From an uncultured Acidobacteriota bacterium (GTDB lineage: Bacteria > Acidobacteriota > Vicinamibacteria > Vicinamibacterales > UBA2999): DNA of 64,000 nucleotides. Made by a program: the position numbers and the translations under genes. The stretch is from assembly GCA_963807405.1 (NCBI GenBank), contig CAWEBU010000006.1, positions 1,726,527 to 1,790,526 on the forward strand, read 5' to 3'. This document shows positions 1 to 7,896 of the stretch, piece by piece; the first letter of the stretch is position 1; each line of letters starts with the position of its first letter. The notes under the pieces were generated by a model. That model saw only the letters and a list, made by a program, of their open reading frames with translations, made no database searches and was not told the DNA's origin.

Positions 1-804
1 GTTGACGTCCGCCCCGCCGGCCAGGAGCGCGCTGGCGGTGGCCACGTAGCCCTCGCGAGCCGCGAACAGCAGGGCGCTCAGCCCGCCCTGGGTGCCGATG
101 AGCTCGTTGTAGCGGAACTGGCGGGTCAGCCCCGGGATCTGCACCGCCGGCGGCACCGTCTGGCCGCGGCGCTGGGCGGCGGCCGGCGGTCCGTCGCTCG
201 ACTCGGTCAGCTTGGCCAGATCGACCACCGTCGTCGTCAGCCGGTGGTTGGCCCCCTTCTCGAGCAGGAACGCCACCACGTCGGCGCGGTTGGAGGCGGC
301 GCCGAACATCAGCGCCGACTGTCCCTTGGCCTGCTCCACGGCGTTGACGTCGCCCCCGGCGGCGACCAGACGCTGCACGGCAGCCAGCGCGCCCGATTGG
401 GCGGCCAGCATCAGCGGCGTCGTTCCGGAGGACGACGTGGCGGACACGTCCGCACCGGCGGCGACCAGGGCGTCGACCACCGGCGCACTGCCCGATCTGG
501 CCGCCAGGTGGAGCGGCGTGTAGTCGCCGAGGCGCGTGGTGGCGCCGTGGTTGGCACCGGCGTAGAGCAGCATGCGCGCGATCTCGACGTGGCCGGTGGT
601 GGCCGCCCAGTGCAGAGGCGACATGCCGTCGCCCTGGGCGGCGTTGACGTCGGCCCCGGCCGTCAGCATCGTGCGGACGGCGGCCACGTCGCCCTTCATC
701 ACCGCATCGGCCACCGGCACATCGCCGGCCGCCGAGAGTCCCGTCGCCAGGCCGAGCACGAGGCTCGCGCTCACCCAGGCTGTCGTCGCTCGTCGCGTCG
801 TCAT
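1..804 (-). CDS. Exported ankyrin-repeat protein, module D (N-terminal part only; gene runs off the left edge)
   Basis: Reverse translation from the ATG at 804..802 gives MTTRRATTAWVSASLVLGLATGLSAAGDVPVADAVMKGDVAAVRTMLTAGADVNAAQGDGMSPLHWAA... This is a signal-like N-terminus followed by canonical ANK repeats. It is co-linear with the intact paralog at 54845..56692. It is absent from the ORF track because the window edge truncates it. Confidence 0.8.
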   Translation of the reverse strand, partial: MTTRRATTAWVSASLVLGLATGLSAAGDVPVADAVMKGDVAAVRTMLTAGADVNAAQGDGMSPLHWAATTGHVEIARMLLYAGANHGATTRLGDYTPLHLAARSGSAPVVDALVAAGADVSATSSSGTTPLMLAAQSGALAAVQRLVAAGGDVNAVEQAKGQSALMFGAASNRADVVAFLLEKGANHRLTTTVVDLAKLTESSDGPPAAAQRRGQTVPPAVQIPGLTRQFRYNELIGTQGGLSALLFAAREGYVATASALLAGGADVN

Positions 805-815
805 GTCGGAGTGCC

Positions 816-2216
816 CTACTGCGCCGTCGTGGCGGGCGCCGAGTTGAGATCCATCGCCGCCGTGCTGTCGCCGAAGCCCGGCAGATCCAGCCCCAGCATC
901 TGCCCCACCGACAGCATCGCGTTGGCCATCGGCGTGCCGTCGGCGGCCTTGAGGTGGAGGTTGCCCTGGAGCTGTCCGCCGGCGTGGCCGGCCAGGAACA
1001 GCGGGCAGCGCTTGTGGTTGTGCACGTTGGAATCGCCCATCGGCGAGCCGTACATCACCAGCGTGTGGTCGAGCAGGTTGCCGTCGCCCTCCGGCGTTTC
1101 CTTCAGCTTGTTCAGGAAATACGGGATCAGGCTGACGTGGTAGGTGTTGATCTTCATGAACTCGGTGACGCGATCCTCGCGGCCCTGGTGGTGCGAGGCC
1201 GGGTGGAAGCCGGTCGAGACGCCGCTGTCGGGGTAGACGCGGCCCGAGGCATCGCGGCCCATCTTGAACGAGAAGACGCGCGTGATGTCGCTGGCGAAGG
1301 CCACGGCCTGCAGGTCGAACATCAGCTTGACGTGCTCACCGAACGAATCGGGCACGCCGATCGGGGCGCCGGGCAGCGCCCGCTGTTCCCCGCTGCTGTT
1401 GAGGGTCTCGGTCCGCTGGATGCGGCGCTCGATCTCGCGCACGTCGTCGAGGTAGTCACTGAGACGGGCCCGGTCCACCGGCCCCAGCGTCTTCTGCAGG
1501 CGGGCGATCTCGGTCGTGACCCAGTCGAGGATGCTCTTGTCTTCCCGGCGGCGCAGCGACCGCTCTTCGGCCGTGGCGCCGACGCCGAACAGCTGGTCGA
1601 AGGCCACGCGGGGGTCGCGAATCATCGGCAGCGGCTCGTCGGGCCCCGCCCAGCTGATGGTGTCGGTGTAGACGCACGAGTAGCCGTAGGAGCAGCCGCC
1701 CGCCTGGTCGACGTTCTCGATGCACAGCTGCATCGACGGGATCGGGGATTCCTGGCCGTACTTCCGGGCGTAGTGCTGGTCGATCGAGGTGCCGGCGCGC
1801 ACGTCCGAGCCCTGTGTCTGCCGTGGATGCGCCTGGGTCAGGAAGACCGCGCTCGAGCGGAAGTGGTCACCGCCGATCTCCGGCAGCTCGAAGGCCTCGG
1901 CATTCCTGACGTCGGTGTTGCTGACGATGGTCAGGTAGTCCCGGAACGGCTCGAGCGCACGCATCGACGTCTGGCCGAGGTCGAAGTCCCGGCCGGTGGC
2001 CGCGGGCGACCACATGTGCTTCTCGGTGCCGATCACGGTGGCGCCGGCCGAGCCGTGCACCATCTCGATGGCGGCGAAGCGGACCTTGCCGGCCGCGGCC
2101 GACGACGCGTAGGCCTGGCGCGCCGGCACCATCGCCTCGAGGAACGGCAGGGCGACCGTGGCACCCACGCCCTTGAGCATGGTGCGCCGTGACAGGTGTT
2201 TGCCGGTGATGATCAT
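816..2216 (-). CDS. Tat-signal HXXSHH / DUF1552 family protein, module D
   Basis: 466-aa ORF. Twin-arginine leader (KHLSRRTMLKGVGATVALPFLEAMVP). Motifs FHPASHH and NVHNHKRCPLFLAGHAGG. Strongly similar to four other copies in the window. Confidence 0.85.
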   Translation of the reverse strand: MIITGKHLSRRTMLKGVGATVALPFLEAMVPARQAYASSAAAGKVRFAAIEMVHGSAGATVIGTEKHMWSPAATGRDFDLGQTSMRALEPFRDYLTIVSNTDVRNAEAFELPEIGGDHFRSSAVFLTQAHPRQTQGSDVRAGTSIDQHYARKYGQESPIPSMQLCIENVDQAGGCSYGYSCVYTDTISWAGPDEPLPMIRDPRVAFDQLFGVGATAEERSLRRREDKSILDWVTTEIARLQKTLGPVDRARLSDYLDDVREIERRIQRTETLNSSGEQRALPGAPIGVPDSFGEHVKLMFDLQAVAFASDITRVFSFKMGRDASGRVYPDSGVSTGFHPASHHQGREDRVTEFMKINTYHVSLIPYFLNKLKETPEGDGNLLDHTLVMYGSPMGDSNVHNHKRCPLFLAGHAGGQLQGNLHLKAADGTPMANAMLSVGQMLGLDLPGFGDSTAAMDLNSAPATTAQ

Positions 2217-2243
2217 GGTCGTCTGCTTCCCTGTGACTGAGAC

Positions 2244-4685
2244 TCAGCGGATCGCGGGTCCCTCGGCCGAGGACACCGGCTCGAGCTTGCCCATCCGGAA
2301 CGGGGCACTGGTCGCGATGCCGGTGACGAAGGCCGAGATCCGGTAGTCGGCCTTGGCGGCGTCGCGGATGATGGCGCGCACGACCGGCATGTCGTAGCTC
2401 TCGATGCGGCGGCCGAGCGCGTAGGTCATGAGGTGTTCGGTGAAGCTGAGCAGGAACACGTCCTGGTGCTTGACGAGCGCCGCGCGCAGATCCGCCGGGC
2501 CGTCCATCGGCGTGCCGTCGTAGAGCTGGCCCCGGGCATCGACCGGCACCAGGCTGTCCTTGGCGCGCCACCGCCCGCTGATGTCGAAGTTCTCGAGCGC
2601 CAGTCCGAGCGGGTCGATGACGCGGTGGCAGGACTGGCAGGCCGGATTGGCGCGGTGCTGCTCCATCCGCTCGCGCACCGACAGCAGGCGGCCACCCGCG
2701 CTGCCGCTGGTCTCTTCGAGGGCCGGCACGTTGGGCGGCGGCGCCGGCGGCGGCGAGGCCAGCAGCACCTCCATCACCCACTTGCCGCGATTCACCGGCG
2801 AGGTGCGATCGGCGAACGACGTCGCGAGCAGCACGCTGCCGTGGCCGAGAATGCCGCGGCGGTAGTCGGGCACGGTGACGCGGCGGAAGTGCTGCCCGGT
2901 GACGTTGGGCAGGCCGTAGTGCCGGGCGACGCGCTCGTTGACGAACGTGTAGTCGGCGGTGAGCAGGTCGAGCACGCTGCGATCCTCGCGCACCAGGCTG
3001 TCGAAGAAGAGCTCCGTCTCCTTCACCAGGGCGCCCGAGAGGTAGGTGTCCCAGTAGGGGGCGAAGTGGTAGTCGGGACGCACCTTCTCCACGTCCTGCA
3101 GGCGCAGCCACTGGTGCGCGAAGCGCGTCGACAGCGCCTCGGCCCGCGGATCGGCCAGCAGGCGCCTGGTGGCGGCAGCGATGGCGGCCGGCGTCGTCAG
3201 GGTCGGTGCGGCCGTGACCAGCGCGGCGTCGGGCACGGCGCCCCACACGAAGAACGACAGGCGTGACGCGATGTCGGTGCCCTTGAGCGCGTAGCTGGCG
3301 CCCGGCCGGGCCGACGGCGGCGCCTGCTCGAGGCGGAACAGGAAGCGCGGGCTCGCCAGCACCGCCTGGAGCGCGGTGCGGACCCCGCTCTCGAAGCCGC
3401 CCTCGTCGCGGCCCTGCTCGTAGAACGCCAGCAGGCCCTGCAGTTCGTCGTCACTGACGGCACCGCGGTAGGCGCGGCGCGCCAGCGACCGCACGATGTC
3501 GGCGGCGCAGTCGCGTTCCTCGGACCCGGTAGTCGGCCGGCAGGTGAACACCTTGCGGCGGCTCACCGTGTCCGACACGCCGGTCACGGAGTGCGGCCCG
3601 GTGATGGCCAGGTCGCGCAGGTGCACGAGCGCCGTCACTCCGAACACCTCGCCGATATTGGTGTCGGCCAGCGGCTGCTCGATCGGCATCACCAGGTCGT
3701 CGACCGGTCCGTCGAAGCGGTTGAGGAACGCGGCTGCCACGGCATGCGGGCCGGCCGTCACGTGCACCGGCTTCGTGAACAGGTTCATGCCGTCGGGATC
3801 GGCCTCGTCCATCCGCGGGTTGATGTCGACGAGCGCCACCCGCGCCCCGTCGATCGACACCTCGACCTGCTCGCCGGCGTAGGGGCCGCCGTAGAGCTGC
3901 CCGGTCGGACCGGCGTGCAGCATCATGCGGAAGGAGTAGTCGCCGTCGGCCGGAAAGACGTGCGTCACGGCCATGCCGCCGCGCGTACCGACCGGCGTGC
4001 CCTCGACATGCCGGTGCTGCGAGGCCGTCCGCGACGTCTTGAACGTGGTGGCACTGGGCGTCGCGCTCCGGTCCCCCACTGCCAGCCGGCTGATCTGGCT
4101 GGCCGCGCGCAGATACCCTTCGAGCAGCGTCGGCGAGATGCGCTGGCTGTCGGCGACGTTGTCGAAGCCGTGCGAGATGGTGTCGGCCGGCAGGAACGCC
4201 GTGACGTCGATGTCGAGACCGAGCAGGTCCTCGATGGCCTGCGCGTATTCGGCCCGGTTGAGGCGCTGCGAGGGCCGGAAGCCGGGATTGGGGTTGCTGG
4301 CCGCGAACTCGTCCATGCGCGCCTCGAGCGCGCCGGTGAGCGCCGCCAGCGTGGCCTCGTCAGGACGCTTCGCACCGGCCGGCGGCATCATGCCGGCGCG
4401 CAACTTGCGAATCATCTTCTCGACCACTTCGGCGCGCTCGGTCGCCCGCATGGCGTCGAACCCGGCGAGCGAGAGTCCCCCGGCCTTGGCGCGCTCGCTG
4501 TGGCAGGTGGCGCAGTAGGTGGCGACGAGTTCGCTCTGCGCGGCCGCCGACAGCGCACGCAGATCGGGCGTGGCATGGCGGACGGGGGCCGGCTCGCGCG
4601 TCTGCCAGGCCGCCACGGTCACGCCGAAGCCGGCAGCGGCGATCGCCGCCAGCAGGGCCACGGTGCGCGCAGGCCGGCTCAGCAC
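2244..4685 (-). CDS. Multi-domain c-type cytochrome of the PSD / DUF1587-1592-1595-1588-1585 type, module D
   Basis: This is the in-frame C-terminal 814 codons of the 1393-aa track ORF. The proposed GTG start at 4685..4683 overlaps the upstream ankyrin stop. Hydrophobic N-terminus; CATCH haem motif; QRLNRAEYA block; second CxxCH in NPACQSCHRVIDPLGLALENFD. The start codon is inferred. Confidence 0.8.
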   Translation of the reverse strand: MLSRPARTVALLAAIAAAGFGVTVAAWQTREPAPVRHATPDLRALSAAAQSELVATYCATCHSERAKAGGLSLAGFDAMRATERAEVVEKMIRKLRAGMMPPAGAKRPDEATLAALTGALEARMDEFAASNPNPGFRPSQRLNRAEYAQAIEDLLGLDIDVTAFLPADTISHGFDNVADSQRISPTLLEGYLRAASQISRLAVGDRSATPSATTFKTSRTASQHRHVEGTPVGTRGGMAVTHVFPADGDYSFRMMLHAGPTGQLYGGPYAGEQVEVSIDGARVALVDINPRMDEADPDGMNLFTKPVHVTAGPHAVAAAFLNRFDGPVDDLVMPIEQPLADTNIGEVFGVTALVHLRDLAITGPHSVTGVSDTVSRRKVFTCRPTTGSEERDCAADIVRSLARRAYRGAVSDDELQGLLAFYEQGRDEGGFESGVRTALQAVLASPRFLFRLEQAPPSARPGASYALKGTDIASRLSFFVWGAVPDAALVTAAPTLTTPAAIAAATRRLLADPRAEALSTRFAHQWLRLQDVEKVRPDYHFAPYWDTYLSGALVKETELFFDSLVREDRSVLDLLTADYTFVNERVARHYGLPNVTGQHFRRVTVPDYRRGILGHGSVLLATSFADRTSPVNRGKWVMEVLLASPPPAPPPNVPALEETSGSAGGRLLSVRERMEQHRANPACQSCHRVIDPLGLALENFDISGRWRAKDSLVPVDARGQLYDGTPMDGPADLRAALVKHQDVFLLSFTEHLMTYALGRRIESYDMPVVRAIIRDAAKADYRISAFVTGIATSAPFRMGKLEPVSSAEGPAIR

Positions 4686-6425
4686 GACACGCACTTGTGG
4701 TTGTTCCTGGCGCCGAGCGAGGCGAGCAGCTCGATGGTGTCCGGGAACGGCTGCACGCGCTGCACCGGGCCGTTGGCCAGGTCGATGGTGGTCTGGCCGG
4801 CGCGATTGACACGCGTGACGTCGGCCCCCTTCGACACCAGGTAGGCGATCATCGCGGTGTCGCCGCGGGCGGCCGCGTGGTGCACGACGGTGTTGCCTTC
4901 GTAGTCGGCGGCATTCACCTCGACGCCGAGTTCCTCGACCAGGTAGACGACCGCCGCCATCATGCCGGTCGGGGCGAAGACATGGGAGTTGCCGGCGAAG
5001 CCCTTGCCGTAGCCGACACCGGCCACCGCGTGCAGCGGCGGAATGCCGGGGCCGCCCACCGGCACCGGCGGCAGGCTGGACGTGTCGCGCAGTTCGCCGA
5101 CGCCATCGAGGCCGCGCGTCCGCTCGGCCGGGCGCACGCTCGGGATGTGCGGGTCGGCGCCGCGGCCGACGAGCAGCCGCATCGCGGTGACGTCGCTGGC
5201 ATAGGCGGCGCGCCAGAACGGCGTGGCACCGATCTCGTCGACGCCCGACTGATCGAAGTTGTAGCTCGAGTACCAGACTTTGCGCGTCAGGCGCGCATTC
5301 GGGTCGGCGCCCTTGTCGAGCAGCAGCGTCATCAGGTCGAGATAGCTGGTCTGCTGCTGCAGGTAGGCCCGCGGCTGCGGATACGCCGCCTTCGGCGCCC
5401 ACTGGACGTTCAGCGTGGCATAGAGGGGCGCCGCGCCGGCGTCGCTCGCGAGGTTGGCATCGGCGCCGTGCTCGAGGAGGTAGCGGGCCAGATCGAAGTG
5501 GCCATTGAGCGTGGCGATGAGGAGCGGCGTCGTGCCGTCGCCGGGACTCGGCAGATTGACGCTGCCGCCGTGTTCGACGATGGCGCGAGCCGCGGCGGCG
5601 GCGCCCTGGCGGGCGGCGAAGTGCAGCGCCGACAGGCCGCCCTGGGCGCCGATGAGCTCGTTGTAGCGGTAGGGACGCGTGGTGCCGGCGACATCGGTGG
5701 CACGCGGCGCCGGCCGGGCCATGGCGGGCTTGGGCGCCGCCGCGGCGGCAGCCGTCGCGGCGCCGGCAGCAGCCTGACCCGGTGTGGCGCCCTGCGGCTC
5801 GGGTGGCCGCCCTTCCCCGTCGCCCATCGTCAGGGCCGCCAGATTCGACGACCGACGAGGTGAAGTCGGCCCGGGCGCCGTGCGACAGCAGCACCGAGAC
5901 CACGGCGGCGCGGTCGGTGGTGGCGGCGAACATCAACGCGGTCTGGCCGTGGGCCTCCTCCGCGAGGTTGACGTCGGCCTTGGCGCCGAGCAGCGCCGTG
6001 ACGGTCTCGACGTGCCCGGCCCGGGACGCGAACATGAGGGCGGTGGCGCCGGTCGAGGTGGTGGCGTCGACCTCGGCACCGCGGCCGAGGAGCGCGCTGA
6101 CGACGTCCGCCGCGCCGCCCTGGCTGGCCACGTGCAGGGCGGTGTAGCGGCCGAGACGGCTGGTGGCCTTCACGTTGGCCCCGGCGTAGAGCAGGACGTC
6201 GGTGAGCGCCAGGTCGCCGTGGGTCGCGGCCCAGTGCAGGGCCGTCATGCCGTCGCCCTGCGAAGCGTTGACGTCGCCGCCCTGACGAAGGAGCGTACGC
6301 ACGGCCTCGACATCGCGGGTCATGGCCGCATCGGCCACGGGTGCGGGAGCGGCGGCCTGCAGCCACGTGCCGAGCGCCGCCACCGCCACGGCACACGCCG
6401 CGGCCTTGCCGAATCCTCGGGTCAT
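4679..6425 (-). pseudogene. Exported ankyrin-repeat protein, module C, split by a 1-nt frameshift near 5846 (pseudogene or assembly indel)
   Basis: The N-terminal part (signal peptide plus ANK repeats) is in the frame of 6425. The C-terminal 382 aa (4679..5827 ORF, ending NNHKCVSC) is in another frame. The total length of 1747 nt is not a multiple of 3. Removing one base in gtcgtc[g]aatctg restores ...SSVVNLAALT..., which matches the paralogs. Confidence 0.75.
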
Positions 6426-6429
6426 GGCG

Positions 6430-7845
6430 TTACGCCTCCGCCCTGGCTGCCGTCGTGTCGGCGGCGCGGTTCAGGTCGAGGGCGCCGGTGCTGTCACCGA
6501 AGCTCCGCACGTCGATGTCGAGCGCCTGCAGCGCCGGCAGCATGGCGTTGGCCATCGGCGTGCCGTCGGCGGCGCGGACGTGCAGGTTGCCCTTGAGGCG
6601 TCCGCCGGCATGCCCGGCGAAGAACAGCGGGCAGCGCTTGTGGTTGTGCATGTTCGAATTGCCCATCGCCGACCCGTAGACGACCAGGCTGTTGTCGAGC
6701 AGCGTGCCCTCGCCATCGGGCGTGTTCTGCAGCTTGCCGAGCAGGTACGGGATGAGGCTGACGTGATAGACGTTGATCTTCTGGAAGTCGCGGATGCGGT
6801 CCTCCCGCTCCTGGTGGTGCGAGGCGGTGTGGAACGCGGTCGACGAGCTGTTCGGCCCGAACACGCGGTTCGACACGTCGCGACTGAGCTTGAAGGCGAA
6901 GTTGCGCGTGATGTCGCTGGCAAACGCCACCACCTGCAGGTCGAACATCAGCTTGACGTGCTCTTCCCACGAGTCGGGCACGCCGATCGGGGCACCCGGC
7001 AGCTCACGGGCGTCGCCGCTCGAGTTCTGCCCCTCGACCTTCTGGATGCGGCGTTCGATCTCGCGTACGTCCTCGAGGTACTCGGTGAGCCGGCGCTGGT
7101 CGGCCACCCCCAGGCGCCCCTTCAGATCGCCGACCGACTCGGCCACGAAGTCGAGGATGCTGCGGTCGTCGCGCCGGCGGGTGCGCCGTGCCTCCGGCGT
7201 CGTGCCGACGCCGAACAGCTGGTCGAACACCGAGCGCGGATCGCGGATCATCGGCAGCGGCTCGGTCGGCGAGGCCCAGCTGATGGTGTCGGTGTAGACG
7301 CACGAGTAGTTGTAGGAGCAGCCGCCGGCCTGGTCGACGTTCTCGATGCACAGCTGCATCGACGGGATCGGCGTGTCCTGCCCGTAGCGCCGGGCGACGA
7401 TCTGATCGAAGGAGGTGCCGGCGAACACGTCCGAGCCCTGCGTCTGCTTGGGCTTGGCCTGGGTCAGGAACACGGCGGCGGAACGGAAGTGGTCGGCCCC
7501 GATCTCGGGGGCGCTGAAGGCTTCGGCGTTGCGGCAATCGGTGTTGCTGACGATGGTCAGGTGGTCGCGGAAGGGCTCGAGCGAGGCCATCGCCGTGGGA
7601 CCGAGATCGAAGGCGTTGCCGGCGGCGGCCGGCGCCCACAGGTTCTGCGCCGCGCCGTAGGTCGTGCTGCCGGCCGCGCCATGCACCATCTCGAGGGCGA
7701 TCAGCCGGACCTTGCGGTCGACGGCCTTGGCGTGGGCGGTGCGGGCCGGGACCATCGCGTCCAGGAACGGCAGGGCCACGGTGGCGCCGATGCCGCGCAG
7801 CGCCGCGCGTCTCGACAGGTGCGTCTTCGTGAGGAAAGTTGCCAT
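6430..7845 (-). CDS. Tat-signal HXXSHH / DUF1552 family protein, module C
   Basis: 471-aa ORF. Leader THLSRRAALRGIGATVALPFLDAMVP. Motifs FHTASHH and NMHNHKRCPLFFAGHAGG. Confidence 0.85.
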   Translation of the reverse strand: MATFLTKTHLSRRAALRGIGATVALPFLDAMVPARTAHAKAVDRKVRLIALEMVHGAAGSTTYGAAQNLWAPAAAGNAFDLGPTAMASLEPFRDHLTIVSNTDCRNAEAFSAPEIGADHFRSAAVFLTQAKPKQTQGSDVFAGTSFDQIVARRYGQDTPIPSMQLCIENVDQAGGCSYNYSCVYTDTISWASPTEPLPMIRDPRSVFDQLFGVGTTPEARRTRRRDDRSILDFVAESVGDLKGRLGVADQRRLTEYLEDVREIERRIQKVEGQNSSGDARELPGAPIGVPDSWEEHVKLMFDLQVVAFASDITRNFAFKLSRDVSNRVFGPNSSSTAFHTASHHQEREDRIRDFQKINVYHVSLIPYLLGKLQNTPDGEGTLLDNSLVVYGSAMGNSNMHNHKRCPLFFAGHAGGRLKGNLHVRAADGTPMANAMLPALQALDIDVRSFGDSTGALDLNRAADTTAARAEA

Positions 7846-7896
7846 GAGATCGATGTCCCTGAACCGTGGTCTCGTTGAGCCGCCAGCCCCTGGCCG

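Noticed and set aside
5840-5850. Programmed ribosomal frameshifting as an explanation for the split module genes.
   Set aside because: There is no slippery heptamer (X XXY YYZ) or conserved downstream structure at any of the sites. The sites differ between paralogs, and two genes need two opposite shifts. Mutation or assembly error is simpler.
2244-6425. A 1393-aa ORF that looks like an ankyrin-cytochrome fusion, and a similar 1260-aa ORF at 7897..11679.
   Set aside because: Their middle or upstream portions are out-of-frame read-through of neighbouring genes with nonsense Arg-rich sequence. For 2244..6425 this is the Ank-C C-terminal half; for 7897..11679 it is DUF1552-B. The real genes are the separate units listed in the features.
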